A stretch of 64,000 nucleotides of DNA, from assembly GCA_013265495.1 (NCBI GenBank), contig MU058418.1:2506917-2570916 (forward strand), in the 5' to 3' direction. Made by a program: the position numbers and the translations under genes. The notes under the pieces are model-generated. The model was not told where the DNA came from. It ran no database searches and saw nothing but the letters and a program-made list of their open reading frames with translations. The number at the start of each line of letters is the position of its first letter. The stretch's first letter is position 1. This DNA comes from Vicugna vicugna. Taxonomy: Eukaryota. Of this stretch, positions 15,125 to 29,419 are shown piece by piece.

Positions 15125-17405
15125 TCAACATTCTTTAAAAACAGATTTTTGCATGAAATCCATCTCCTCTGACCTGTTCATTTAGCATTCTTTATTTTTA
15201 AACCTTTTTACAACTGTACAATATGAAACACATAGAAAAAAGTACACAAAATTGTTCAACTCAATGATTTAAGCAAACATTTACACAAGCTAACCTAAGG
15301 AATAAAACAATGCCTGGACCCCAGAACCCTCCCACTTTGGTCTCCTCCCCAATCACCCTTGCTTCATTCCTCCCCAAAGGTAACCATTATTCTGACTCTT
15401 ACAATACATCCATTTCCTTGTTTTTCTTTAAACTTTCACACCTTAAGCAGGTAACTCTAAACACTATAGTTTTGTTTGGACTGCTGTTTGAAGTTTATGT
15501 AAATAGAACCATATGATATATATTATTCTGTCTTGCCCTTTTCAGTCAACATTATATTTGTAACATTCATCCATGTTGCTCTGTGTAACTGTAGAGTGTT
15601 CATTATCAATGCTGTATGATAACTCTACTGTATCACTACACCATAGTCTACCCATTCTAATGTTGAGTATATGTACATGAGTTGTTTCCATTTTGAGGCT
15701 ATTATGAATAATGCTACCATGAACATTCATGTACAGGTGTCTTAGTGTACACACTTCTATTGGAAATGTACTTTAGAATAGCTAGATTAAGGACACATAC
15801 AGCTTAAATGATGATGTCGAAATGTTCCAAAAGCGACTATATCAATGTATATTTCTTTTAGCTGCTGTTCCACATCCTCACAACATTTGACACTGTCAGT
15901 TTTTAATTTCTAACTATTTTGTAAGTAAATTGTGATAACTTACTGAAGTTTTGTGTTTTTCCCAATTACTAAGAGTTTAAGCCCCTTTCCAAGTGTTTAT
16001 CTTTTGGATGTTTCTCATTTGTGAAGTGCCTATTCAATGCTCTTGCTCACCTTCTGTTTACCATTTGTAGTGTTAGGGTTGATTTACAGGAACACTGGAT
16101 ATGAGCCTTTGAAGGTCATATAAGATGCAAATATCTTCTCATGTCATTTACTATTTCACTCTCTTGATGTGTTTCTTTTATGAGGAAGTGGTGAAATTTA
16201 TCAGTCTTAGGTTTAGTACGTAAGCAGAGATTTTTAAATCACTTTCTACACTTAGATCATAAATATAACCTTTTATATTATCTCTTAGCTTTGTTGTTTT
16301 GCCTTGCACTTCTAATCTATAGTTGACATGGAATTAATTTTTATGAATGGTATGAGGTTGCAGTTGTGTTTCTTATATATTATTTCAACACCATTCACTG
16401 AAAACACTATTCTTTCCCTACTGCTCTACAGTGGCACTTTTGTCATAAAACAAATTTCTATGTATTTTAAATCCATTTTGAGGCTCTACAGTATTCCACT
16501 AGTTTGTACCTAGAGCTAATCTTAATGGAACTTTACAGTAAGTTTTGATATCCAATAGGGCAAGTCCTCCTACCTTGTTCTTCAAAGATGTTCTGTTTAT
16601 TCTTGGCCCTTTGCATTTCCATGTGAATTTTAGAATCATGTTATCAAGTTACACTCACACACACAAACACACCCATTGGGATTTGACAGGAACTGTACTA
16701 AATCTTTAGATCATACTGGGTAGTACTGATACCTGTACAACACTGCATCTTCCTATCCACAAACATAGTGTATCCCTCCAATTATTTCTGGTTTTTAATA
16801 TGTTTCTTAATATTGTTCTATAATTTTTCAGAATGGACATCATACATCTTTGTTAGATTCATTTGTATGTATATGATTATTTTTAACAACATTGGAAATG
16901 GCATATTTTATTCTCTCTTTATTGTATATGCAGAAACTAAGTTAATTTTTGACTATTGACCCCATATCCAGAGACTTTCCTAATCTCTAATAACCCATCT
17001 ATAATTATTTTGGATTTTTAAAAGGTATACAATCTATTATATGTGAATAATGATTGTTTATCTCTTCCTTTCTAATCCTTATTTATTTTTAATTTTTTTC
17101 CTTATCACATTAGCTAGAATCTTTAATATAATGTGAAATAAGAGTACTGTTCTTTTTTTCCTGAACCAAAAGGGAAAGTCTTCAACACTTCACAAAATGC
17201 CTGCTGTAGGGTTTTTGTTGTTATTGTTGCTTTGTTTTGTGGACAATTTTAAAATAGATTAAGGGCATTCCTATTATTCCTAATTTGCTAAGATTTCTTT
17301 AAAATAATGATGCTGACTTTATAATATTTTTCCTACATCTATTATGATGGTTATGTGACTTTCTTTTATTGTTAATGTGGTGAACTACACTGACTGATTT
17401 CTTTT

Positions 17406-17853
17406 TTAAAAAATTGAAGTATAGTTGATTTACAAGGTTGTGTTAGTCTTTGGTGTACAGTATAGTGACTCAGTTACACACGTACATATTCTTTTTCATA
17501 CTCCTTTTCATTATAGATTACTACAAGATATTGAATATAGTTCCTTGTGCTATATAGTAGGACCTTGTTTTTTATCTATTTTATATATAGTACTTAGTAT
17601 CTGCAAATCCCAAACTTCCAATTTATCCCTCTTCCCCTGGTAAGCAAAGTTTGTTTTCTATGTGAATCTTTTTCTGTTTTGTAAATGAGTTCATCTATGT
17701 CATTTTTTTAGATTCCACATATAAGTGATATCATATGGTATTTGTCTTTCACTTTCAGACTTACATCACTTAGTATGAGAATTTCTAGGTCCACCCATGT
17801 TGCTGCAAATGGCATTATTTCATTCTTTTTTATGGCTGGGTAATATTCCATTG
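17406..17853 (-). mobile_element. Younger L1 3' end nested in the old L1
   Basis: Similar to the other young L1 3'UTRs in the window. 11-bp TSD TGATTTCTTTT at 17395-17405 and 17854-17864. Confidence 0.85.
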
Positions 17854-17915
17854 TGATTTCTTTTATGTTAAGCAACTTTGCATCTTTGGAACAAACTTAG
17901 CTTCGTTGAGATATA

Positions 17916-18062
17916 TGTGATAGGGCAGAATAATGGCACTCTAAGGCAATCTGTGTTCTAATCTCCAGAATTTGTTACTGTGTAACAGTACATGGAAAAG
18001 GGAAATGAAGATAGCAGTTGTAATTAAGGATGGTAATTAGCTGGCCTCAAAATAGGAAGATT
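17916..18062 (+). mobile_element. MaLR (MLT1-like) LTR 5' fragment
   Basis: Begins TGTGATAGGGCAGAATAATGGC, similar to the start of the LTR at 31601. Confidence 0.55.
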
Positions 18063-18912
18063 TTTTTTTAATATATTGCTGGATTTGGTTCTGGTTTGTT
18101 ACTACGTTTAGTAACTTTTGCATTTATGTTCATGAAAGAAGTTGGTCCATTATCTTCCTTTCATGTAATGTCCTTTTGTACATTAATGTACATTTTTTGT
18201 TCACTTTGTATTAAGGTTATCCTGGCCTAATAAAACAAGTTGGGATATGTTCCTCTTTCACTATTCTTTGGAAGGATTTGTATAAGATATGAATAATTTT
18301 TTCCTTAAAAGTTTAGTACAGTTCAACTATGAAACAATTTAGCCTCAAGTTTCCTTTGTGGGAAGGTTGAATATTATGAATTCTTTAACTGTCATAGAAT
18401 TTTTGAAATTCTCTACTTTTATTGCTAACTTTGGTAAGCTGCATTTTCTAGAAAGTTATCTACTTCATTTAAATTTTCAAATTTACTGACACCAAATTAT
18501 CCTTATGCCTCTCTTATTATAAGATTATAAAATATATTTTTAAATTTATTACATTGATAAACTTTGCATGGTATTTTTTTTAAATCACAAAGAGTTTTAT
18601 CAGTTTTATTAGTCTTTTTAGAGAACCAATTTTTGGCTCTACTGAATTTCATTATTGATTTTTTATTTCCCTCCTGCTTTCTGTTGGCTTCATATGATGG
18701 TTTTTAAAAAAATTTCTTGACATAGATGCTCACTAATATACAGCTTCATTTCAAACATATGGTTTTAAAGCTATAAATTTCCCTCTAAGCATATATTTAA
18801 CTGTATCCCTCAAATTTTGATATGTAATAATTTTATTATTGTTCAAAATATTTTCTAATTTGCACTGTGATTTTTATTTGATCCATGGGTTATTTAGAAG
18901 CGTATTATTTTG

Positions 18913-19031
18913 CTTGGGTTTTTTTGGGGGGAGAGGTAATTAGGTTTATTTATTGTTGTTTTTTAATGGAGTCACTGGGGACTGAACCCAGGACCTCGTG
19001 CATGCTTAGCATGCATTCTACCACTGAAGTA
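18913..19031 (-). mobile_element. tRNA-derived SINE (Vic-1-like)
   Basis: Reverse complement of the SINE head (TCAGTGGTAGA...GGGTTCAGTCCCCAGT). 10-bp TSD TATTATTTTG at 18903-18912 and 19032-19041. Confidence 0.85.
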
Positions 19032-19150
19032 TATTATTTTGATTAACAAACATATGGAGACTTTCTAATTACCTTTTTGTTACTAATTTCTAGCTTAATG
19101 ACATTATAGTCAGAGTATACACTTTATATTATTTCAGTCCTTCAAAATGT

Positions 19151-19301
19151 AGTCAGTCCTCAGTAAAGGTGAGTTCCTGTTTCCCACTAGAGCTAAAAGC
19201 CCCAGGAAGAGAGGGTGGCTGCTCCCAGCCAACATGGCCAACAAGGGTCCTTCCTACGGCATGAGCCATGAGGTACAATCCAAAATCGAGAAGAAATATG
19301 A
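19151..19301 (+). pseudogene. TAGLN: Transgelin (SM22-alpha) 5' fragment: leader plus codons 1-22, [22 protein letters not shown]
   Basis: ATG at 19234. 21 of 22 aa match the TAGLN N-terminus [24 protein letters not shown]-richer insert inside a decayed L1. Confidence 0.88.
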
Positions 19302-19779
19302 AGCATTTACACTTACATTGCCCAGCACATAATCAATTATACGTAAAGAATGTATATTTTTGTGGTTGGTGGTTACAGTGTTCTACATATGTCCACTAGT
19401 TAGATTTGTTAATTGTGCCCAAATCTTCCATAGTCTTAGTGATTTTTAGTCTTCTGGTTCTATCAGAGGGATGTGTTAAGATATTCCACTGTGATTACAG
19501 ATTTATCAAATTCTCCATATGATTTATATATTTTAAGACTTTGTTATTAAGTACATTTTTAATTATAAAGTTCTCTCTTTATCTCTAGTAATACAGCTTT
19601 TGCTTAAATGACATATGATATGATAGCTTTTCCCATACTTTTCCATTGAACTTTCTTGTATCCCTATCCCTATGTTTTATACATGTCACTTTATAGTATA
19701 CAGTTAGGTGTTTCTTTTTCATTTATTACTATTTTTAACTCAGTTTGACAACCTTTCATTACTTTATTCATATGATGCT

Positions 19780-21000
19780 GATGTTCCCTCTACCCAGGCC
19801 ACATTCCATCCCTTCCCTACAGCTATTTGTTCTTAAGATTTCAGCTCAAATAAGAGCATTCCCTGATCTCCCAGCCCTAGACTAGATCAGGTCCTTCGGT
19901 TAAAAATTTCTCATAGGACCCTATAATTTTTCCGTATTGCATTTGTCTCAGTTTGTAATCACATATCTTCATGACTGATTTCTATTTCTCTCCTTTATTA
20001 GTTTTAAAGTAGGTATCGTGTATTTTGTTCCTCATAGTATGCTGGATACCTGGTACATCACTGGCACATAAAAAAATGTTCAGTGTATATTTACCAAAAA
20101 GTTCGAACATTCTTAACTCTAAATCTCTCTTCCAAGTTGCAGATGTATATATGCAACTGTCTCTTGTACTTCTGTACTTGGAAGTTTCTGAACATCCTTC
20201 AAATTCATTCATCCAAAACTTAACTCATTACATTTCCTCTTCAAATCTAGGCATCATCTTTAATTCTTTCCTACCACCACAATTCCCGACTATATCCAAT
20301 AGGAGATAAAGCTTTACTAATTCTATCTCATAAACATCTCTCATATTCTAACCTTCTTTTTTAATTCTAACTTCTACTGCTTTAATTCAAACCTGGGCAT
20401 CTCCCACGTGGTTGGACTAGCCTTTTCCATCTTGAGGCTTACAACTTCTTCCTGCCATGCCATCTATATCACCACTCCCACCACAGCTTTAAGAATATTA
20501 TCAACATTTTGAATCTGGTAATGCCATTCTCCTATGAAAACAAACCTTTCAATGGTTCCTTCCTGTCAGGCCTCTCCCTATTCACAGCCTCATTCATCAC
20601 TACATTTCTTCTACTTTATGCGCTAATCATTCTGAACATATCTTGCTGTTTTATAGTCCTGCCTTTTCTCATGCTGTTCTCTGTCTAGAATGCTTTTCCC
20701 TTCCTTATCCTTACAGAGAATAAATCTTTAAGACAGACTCAAGCATTATCTCTATTCTGAAGCAGGATTTAGTCCCCTAAGCAGATGTAACTATCTACTC
20801 TTTGGTGCCCTCAACTTTGACCCACATATGCATCCATCCAAATATGACCAGTTATACTCTTTTGCATTGCAATTCTAGGTTTACATGTCTATGCCTGAAC
20901 AAGAGCTCCTAGAGGGCAAAAAAATCATGTCTTACTCATCTTGTGTTTCCAAGATCTAAAAAATGAAAGATGTTCAATAGTTGATGATAAATGAAGGGGA
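19780..21000 (+). mobile_element. Two ancient L2 3' fragments
   Basis: Degenerate L2 3'-end motifs. Boundaries approximate. Confidence 0.5.
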
Positions 21001-21240
21001 AAAGAGCAAAACCATTAACTGTAAGATGACAAAAAAAAAATTGTCAGGTTAGTGAGTGGAGAGGAGATACATACATACCTTTCTAAAGCAACTATTTAAT
21101 TATGATTCTAAGGAGTTCCTCTTTTCTATGTGCATGGAAAAGGAGTACATTTAAGAAAAATAACATCTTACTATTTGTATTGTGGAATCACAGGCTTGCT
21201 TGTTTCATCCTCCCAAGAGAAAGTATGGATCATATAGATC

Positions 21241-21310
21241 ATTTATATTATACATATATTATGTTATATACATATCATATACACATACACGCACACACAC
21301 ATATATATGT
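21241..21310. repeat. Imperfect (TA)n/(CA)n microsatellite
   Basis: Directly visible dinucleotide runs. Confidence 0.7.
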
Positions 21311-21828
21311 GCAAAAGTATATAGTATGTAAAGTGTTAAAATAACCCAAGACCAGACAGATATCATAGTAATTTTATGACTTCAGAAATCAGAAAAATAA
21401 ATTATCTAAATTCTTACTTTTAGAACTCAAAAATAGCCCATGAAATTTACTTTAAGTGTTTAAAGGACTTTTTGTTAACAATTCTAAGGAAAATAAAATA
21501 ACTGCTTAAAAAAAACTGCCATAAAATAATTATAGTTAATAATTGCTTTATGAGTTAAAGAGCATAATAATTAAGAATTAAAAGTATTTTATTATGTCAC
21601 TAATGACAGGTGATTAATTCTTTATATTCACAATGAAACAACTGATTTATGATTGTTTAAAGGCGTTCCTGATTTTTAAAAATGACAATATTAAATAAGA
21701 AAAACTTATGCTAAGTTAAGAGCACTATGCAAACTAAAGGATTATATTATATAACCTAAGAGAATAAGTTAGAATAAAATGACTATTAAAAACAAATTTC
21801 AGTATTCTAAATACTTTAAGAATTTCTG

Positions 21829-22012
21829 TATAGCACAGGGAACCATATTCAATATCTTGTAGTAACTTATGATGAAAAAGAATATGAAAAGGAATACATG
21901 TATTTTCCTCTATGACTGAAGTATTGTGCTGTACACTAGAAATTGATACAACATTGTAAACTGATCACACTTCAATAAAAATATTTTAAAAAATCTGAAA
22001 ACAGAAAAAAAA
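21829..22012 (+). mobile_element. Short camelid-type L1 3' tip
   Basis: Matches the 3' end of the L1 at 5505-6534, with AATAAA and an A tail. 11-bp TSD AAGAATTTCTG at 21818-21828 and 22013-22023. Confidence 0.88.
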
Positions 22013-22879
22013 AAGAATTTCTGAGGGAGCAAATACTTTTAAGAAAAGTCCTACTTTCTTAAGACTAGAAGTCAATTAATTATGTATAACAGAAGAAAAT
22101 TAAGTAATTTTTATGTATTCCTTAGGGATACATAAAATTAACCAATTTCCCGTTATGAGGGGTAAACTTTAAAACTATTCACTACTCATGAATCTCTAAA
22201 ACTCTACAAACAAAGAGATGACAAAGCCAAACTAGGCACTCACAGGATTAAAGAACTATTAATCATACAGAACACCAATAGTTATTTGATTGTTTTGAGA
22301 TGCTCCGGCCATTGCAAAGAATCTGCCCTAAGAGTACTACCTTTACCAAAGATAAATAAATTATACCCTTCATCTATACAGCTATACATCATGATAGCTA
22401 AGTATTAAATTTTGATAGGCTAGGGTTGAAAAGAACACATTGCTATACTAAAACAAAAAAGAAATAAATAAGTTACACATTGCAGTCCATTACTGACATT
22501 ACTGTTAGATTCAAAAAGAAAATTGGACACCAATGAAATAATTAATAATGTTAAACAACTAGAGTGGAAATGAGATTCTGTATAGTCAAATCTGATTCCA
22601 TTACTCTGAAAGAAAATACATATTTCTTTTAAATTAATATAACCACTACTGAAATTTACTTGGATAAATCATACAGGCATAATATTGCTTCAAGGTTATT
22701 TTTAGAGGCTTAAGAGATGTTAATTTGAAATTTTAGGTATATAAACCACAAATACAGATTAAATTATTTGAAAAACAAGATTAAGTGTTCTTTAGTCTAT
22801 TAAAAAGTAATATCTCTAAAAGCAATAATTACCTATCAGTATGTTGTACTTTATATGAAAATGACACTCCTAACACACT

Positions 22880-23635
22880 GCCATCCATCCATTATTTAGA
22901 CATCCAATTATTGAACATCAACGGCTCAAGCACTATACTACGTGCTGAAGATAAAAGGGTGAGTGAAAAAGTCTCCCAAGGATTAGCTAGAATTCAGTAT
23001 CTAATTACACTTGTGATAGGTTCAATGAAGTAAAGTATTAGGTACTATAAAGGGATTCGTTTCCTTAAGGAAATGACATTTAAGTTGGCACCACAAGGGT
23101 TATTCAGAGTTAGCCAGCTAGGTTGGGGGAGCTGGAGAATGTACACATGCATGTTTTCATTCTAACTTAGAAGGCATCATATGCAAAGGCCCTTAACTGG
23201 GAAAGGGTTTGATGCACTGGCAGATACGATAGCAGGCCAGTGGAGAGGAGTATAGTGAGCAGAGACTAGGGATCACTAGGGGATCAGATCAAATAGGACT
23301 TTGAAGGTAATGTCAAAGATTTTCAATGTTATCCTAATGGGAAGCCATTCAAGGACATTAAGAAAAAGAGTGCTAAGATCAGGAACTACTATTCATTCTA
23401 ATTGCTCTATGGAGATTGGGCAGTGGGGTAGGCAATGGCAGAATAAATGCAGGTGGATCAATTAGAAGACTCAGTTACAAGATGACAGAAGTAGTCCAGG
23501 TAACAGAGATAGCAGTCATTTGGATTAGGTGATGGTGATATAGAAACTTGTTAATTCAACGTATACCCTGAAAATAGAATCAACAAGAATGATGATGGAT
23601 TAGATGTAGGGGTGAGGTCCAAATTCTTGGCATAA
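22880..23635 (-). mobile_element. Ancient L2 fragment
   Basis: Degenerate reverse-complement L2 3' motifs. Confidence 0.5.
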
Positions 23636-26600
23636 GAAAATTTCTGTCAGCCAAAAACTAAAAATTATTTCTAAAGCAGATCAATTATATCAATATATTA
23701 TTTCCTATCTACAAACTCCATGAGATTGGGAACAAACTTATGACCAATATTAGTAATAAATATAACCATGTAACTGGGATCATAGAGAGAGTAATTTAAT
23801 GGTATTTGGGGCAGAGGGCTGTGGGGGAATGATGGCTTTTAAAGCTAAAACTAACTGAGAGGGTAAAGGAGTGTTCAGTGACTTTCTTTTCCTCTTGTAT
23901 TTCATTATTCTGCTGTACGACATATGCCTACTTTTATCTATTTTAGCCTCAAAGGAGAAATCTTAGATCCACCTAATTCTTTTGTTCCCCTATACTGTTT
24001 CCATTCTCTGTACCCTGTAATTTCAGTTCACTTGACTTCTAGACTAGAGGGCCCAGGTGACACAATATTCCTAGTATTTCATCTTCCAGTGCCCCCACTC
24101 TTAGGAAATTTCCATCCATCTTCTTTCTATAATAAACAAAAAAGCAAAACAATAGGTATCTGCATTATTAACAATTAAATTTCTCCAATGTTCACTTGCA
24201 CCTTTCTCTTCATGTGTACAAGGGAACAGAATGGATGGTGATCACTGACAATAGCAATAGCCATTATATTCTGTGGTACTGCACATTCATAATGGGATGA
24301 ATTTCACTTCTCTGTTCTGTTGAAATTTACCAAATGAGTTTCAAAGACCTTCTCAAATATCTTAAGGTTAACAGGGAAGTGACATACAGTATAGGGAAAA
24401 ATTTAATGTTTATACATCAAAAATTGAGTAATGTATTAGCACTTTTTTGGGGGGGGATTGAAAAAAATCTTTCAGATCCCTGATATTAGCTTAAATTATT
24501 TTTAATGTAATGTTACTTAGCAGTGTATAGATGTACAATCAGCTGTAAAATCCTTATGCTTATAACTCTTATACCAAATATATATAAATCTATAAAACCA
24601 AAATAGATTTGAAATTAAATACAACAAAAATACAAAGGCAATAAAACTCAAAATAACAGTATTAAATACAATGAAATCATTATGCATTAAATCCCATTTG
24701 CTATATGAATCTTGAACTGATTGCTCCAAAAACCTCCTTTATTTTGTTTATCTGTTCTAGTATGTGTAAAAGCCTTTTCTCTATTTGAACTGCTGTGAAA
24801 TTTATTCATACGTTACTTGATTGACACTATTCAGGCTTTACTATTTTCAAATACAACATTTATGTAATAAACGTGTCCCTGTACTATCATTATTAGATTG
24901 AAACAATTAAAGCTATACTATTTGGCACCAAAGTTATGCCAGACATAATCATAAACAGAGATAACAAAATTACCTGACAGGATTTACTAAGTCCTTTTTA
25001 AAATAAAATGTTAAATTCTCATAAAAAACTCACAAACATCCAAAAATATGTCCAGGCTGAGACCCACAGGCCAAGCCAAAGACATGACTCAAAGAAGTGG
25101 AATGAGCTGCTCAAGAGGCAGGGCCAGAAACAGAACCTATTTATATGCATATGTGTTTTATCATACTCTATATTAGTTTCTTTTATATTAACATGAATTT
25201 ACATAAGGTGCACTTTATGAAACCATTCTAACAGTTCACAATTCAGGAACTGAGCAAAATTTCACTTTAGGGGAGAAACAAAATGATTCTTTCACTAACC
25301 CAAAAAGATGAACACATATTTTTTTAAAGTATAAAAAATACAAAAAGTACATCCAGTATGTATCATGGATGAGAACAAGCCCACCCACAGACTCCTTCTG
25401 CATGTGATTTATGCCAAGATACAAAAAATTTCATCCTCCCGTCCCACTGTCTTTCATTCTCAAGCCAGGCTTTCTCTAATCTCCAGATACATATTTCCAA
25501 ATACTATGAATAAATCTCAAAAGCAACAAGCCCTAAACTGAAGTCATTATTTTTCCCCAGCAAAAACCTAGCTCTTTCTTATATTAGGTAACAGTTTCGT
25601 CAGAGTAGCCAAGTTAGAAATAGCAGAATCTTCTCTGACTCTTCTAATCTCACCACATCCAATCTGTGCAAGAATATTCATTAAATTCCTAGCAGCAGCA
25701 GAAGTTTCATTCACTGGCATTAAACTGTTGGTATGTACCCTGAATTTTTTGAAATGCTGACAAATAATCAAAAAATTTTCTGCAAATTTATATTTCCACA
25801 TCCTCACAAACAGCAGGGAAAATGCTTTCTAATGCCCACATATCCTGTAAGATGTACCGTAATTTATTTAAATTCCCTGAATGCTGGACATGTTGGTGGC
25901 TTTAAAATTTTTACTACAATACATACTGCTGGGATTAATTTTCATTATATAAATCTTTAGAGAAGTTTCAGTTTATTTTCTTGGAATATTAAAAATTCAA
26001 GGCCTTTTAAGTGTTTATTTTCAAACTGCTTCTTATAAAATTATGCCATTTTCATTCTCATCACAAATGAGGGTATTTTACTATTTTCTCAGCTCCATTA
26101 TTTACTGTCTATGAGACCACTTGGACATCAATTTTCCCACCTTTAAAGTAGGGATAATAACAACTCCTACCTCAAGGGTTTTTTGTGAAGGTTAAGATGG
26201 TTATTACATAATAGCTTTTAGAAAAGTCCTTGGCACTCTGGAACAACCAATGGGTGAAAGAAGAAATCGAAAGGGAAATTAGAAAATATATTGAGCAAAC
26301 AAAAAGGAAAACAAACATACCAAAACTTACAGGATGCAGCAAAAGCCGTTCTAAGAGAGGGGCTTAAAGTGATAAACGTTTACATAAGAAAAAAGAAGGA
26401 TCTCAAATAAACAATCTAACTTTACACCTCAAGAACCTAAAAAAAAAGAACAAACTAAGCCCAAAGTTGGCCAAAAGAAGAAAAAAATAAAGCTTAAAGC
26501 AGATTTAAGTGAAATAGAAAGACAACGGAAAAAGTCAATAAAACTAAGAATTGGTTTTTGAAAAGGTAAAATTGACACTTTTTGCTAAACCAAGCAAAAA

Positions 26601-27228
26601 AAGAGGACTCAAACAAAGCAGCAATTTAAAAAAACATTACAATTGACACTAGAGAAATACAAAGATTCATAAGCAGCTACTATGAACAATTATACATGAA
26701 CAAATTAAATAATCTGGAAAAAATGGATAAATCCCTAGAAACTACGAAGACTGACTTATGAAGAAACAGAAAATCTGAACAGACCAGTAACAAGTAAGGA
26801 GATTAAATCAATAATCAAAAATTTCCCCACCAAGAAGAGTCCAGGATCAAATGGTTTCACTGGTGATTTCTATCAAACATTTACAGAAGAATTAAAGCCA
26901 ATATTTCTCAAACTCTTCCAAAAAACTGAAGAGGTAGGAACATTCCCAAACTCATTTTAAAAAGGCTAGCTTTACCCTGACACCAAGGGCAGATAAGGAC
27001 ACTACACTAAGGAAAACTACAGGCCAATATCCCTGATGAATACAGATGCAAAAACTCTTAACAAAATATTAGCAAACCAAATTCAACAGTACATTAGAAG
27101 AATCATACACCATGATCAAGTGAGATTTATCCCTGGGATGCAGGGATGGTTCAATATGTACAAATCAAGAAATGTGATACATCACATTAACAAAATGAAG
27201 GATTTAAAAAAAAAAAAAAGCGTATGAT

Positions 27229-27935
27229 TGGAATACAACTCAGCCATAAAAAAGAATAAAATAATGCCATTTGCAGCAACATGAATGGACCTAGAGACTG
27301 TCATTCTAAGTAAGCCAGAAAGAGAGAAAAATATCATATGATCTTACTCATATGTGGAATCTGAAAAAAAAGAAAGAAAAAAAAAAGGACACTATGAACT
27401 CATCTATAAAACAGAAACAGACTCGCAGTCATAGTAAACAATCTTATGGTTACTAGGGAAGGGGGGTGGGAAGGGATAAATTTGGGTGTTTGAGATTTGC
27501 AAATGTTAGCCACTATATATAAAAAAATAGATCTAAAAAAAGTTTCTTCTGTATAGCATAGGGAACTATATTCAATATCTTGCAATAACCTTTAATGAAA
27601 AAGAATATAAAAACAAATACATGTATGTACATGCATGACTAGGACATTGTGCTGTACACTAGAAATTGATTATAACTGACAGTACTTCAACAAACTCAAG
27701 TATAAAACAGAGTAGATGGAATGATTGGTAGCCAGTAAGGATGCCAATTCCATTTTCTTTTCATAGGCTTGGTAGAAAGAGAAAACATAGAAACTAGTGA
27801 AAACTGGTATTGCAGGGTTAGGAAAGCTACAGGAATCTTAGAGATGAATGAATTGATGGGATTATAACATTTTATATATAGAAATGATAAAAACAGAATA
27901 AGTATAATAAAAACAGTAAATGAAACTATAATAAA
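27229..27935 (+). mobile_element. Nested young L1 3' end (27229 to about 27694) plus about 240 bp of 3'-transduced sequence
   Basis: Interrupts the host ORF2 between degenerate TSDs AAAAAGCGTATGAT and AAAAATCATACAAT. Confidence 0.75.
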
Positions 27936-29419
27936 AAAATCATACAATCATCTCAATATATCAGAAAAAGCATTTATGAAAGTCAACATTCTTCCATGAT
28001 AAAAGCTTTCAACAAATTTGGTACAGAAGAAACGTATCTCAACATAATAAAGGCCTTATATTACAAACTGACATCTAACATACTCAACAGTAAAAGCTGA
28101 AAGCTTTTTTTTCTAAAGTCAGGAACAAGACAAGGATGCCCACTCTTACAACTCTTATACTATGTAGTACTGGAAGTCCTATGTCAGGGTAATTAGGCAA
28201 AAAATAAATTAATTAATTAAATAAAATAAAAGGCATCCAAATTGGAAAAAAAGAAGTAAAATGACGTCTGTTTACAGATGACATATCTAGAAAACCCTAA
28301 ATATACTATCCAAAAAATTGGTAGAATTGATAGACACATTCAGAAAAGTTGGAGAATACAAAATCAACATAAAAAATCAGTTTTATTTCAATACACTAAT
28401 AATGAACTATCTGACAGAGAAATAAAGAAAACAATCCCATTTGCAATAGCATCAAAAACAACACAATACTTAGAATGAAGTTAATCAAGGAGGTAAAATA
28501 TCTGTACACTGAAAACTATGACACTGATGAAAAAACTGAAAAACAAACAATGGAAAGATGTCCCCTGTTCATGGATTAGAAGAATTAATATTGTTAAAAT
28601 GTCCACACTACCCAAAGCTATCTATAGATTCAACGTATTTGGAGCACATTGAATTCCTATCAAAATTTCAATGGCAGTTTTCAAAGAAATAGAAAAAGCA
28701 ACCCCAAATTGCCAAAGCAATCTTGAGAAAGAACAAAGCTGAAAGCACCACACTTCCTGATTTTATACTAAAAGCCTATTGAAATTAAAACATTATGGTA
28801 CTGGCTTAAAAACAGCCCAGAGATAAATGCATGTACATATGGTCAACTAGTATTTGACAAGGAAGCCAAGAATACTCAATGTGGAAACATAAGTCTTTTC
28901 AATAAATGGTATTGGGAAAAGTGGCCAATCACTTGCAAAAGAATGAAATTGGACCTCTGACACCACTCACAAAAATTAACTTGAAATGGATTAAAGATTT
29001 ATATGTAAGACCTGAAATATAAAATTCCTAGAAGAAAACAAAGGAGAAAAGCTCATTGACATGAGTCTTAGCAATTATTTTTTGGATATAACACTTAAGG
29101 CACAAGCAACAAAAGCAAAAATAAACAAAGGAAGTACATCAAACTTAAAACCCTCTGCATGGCAAAAGAAACAATCAACAAAATGAAGACACAACCTCCA
29201 GAATGGGAAAAAATATTTGCAAGCCATTTATTTAATAAGGGTTTAATATTCAAAATATACAAGGAACCCATACCAACTGAACAGCAAAAAAACCCCAAGG
29301 AGTGTAATTAAAAATTGGGCAGACGAATGAACAGACATTTTTCCAAAAATGACATACAAATGGTCAACAGATACATGAAAAGATGCTCAACATCACTAAT
29401 TATCAAGGAAATGCAATTT

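Larger units (their letters stand above)
15195..19760 (-). mobile_element. Ancient decayed L1 (L1M-type) hosting several younger insertions
   Basis: Continuous antisense L1 3'UTR/ORF2-like motifs. Boundaries approximate. Confidence 0.7.
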
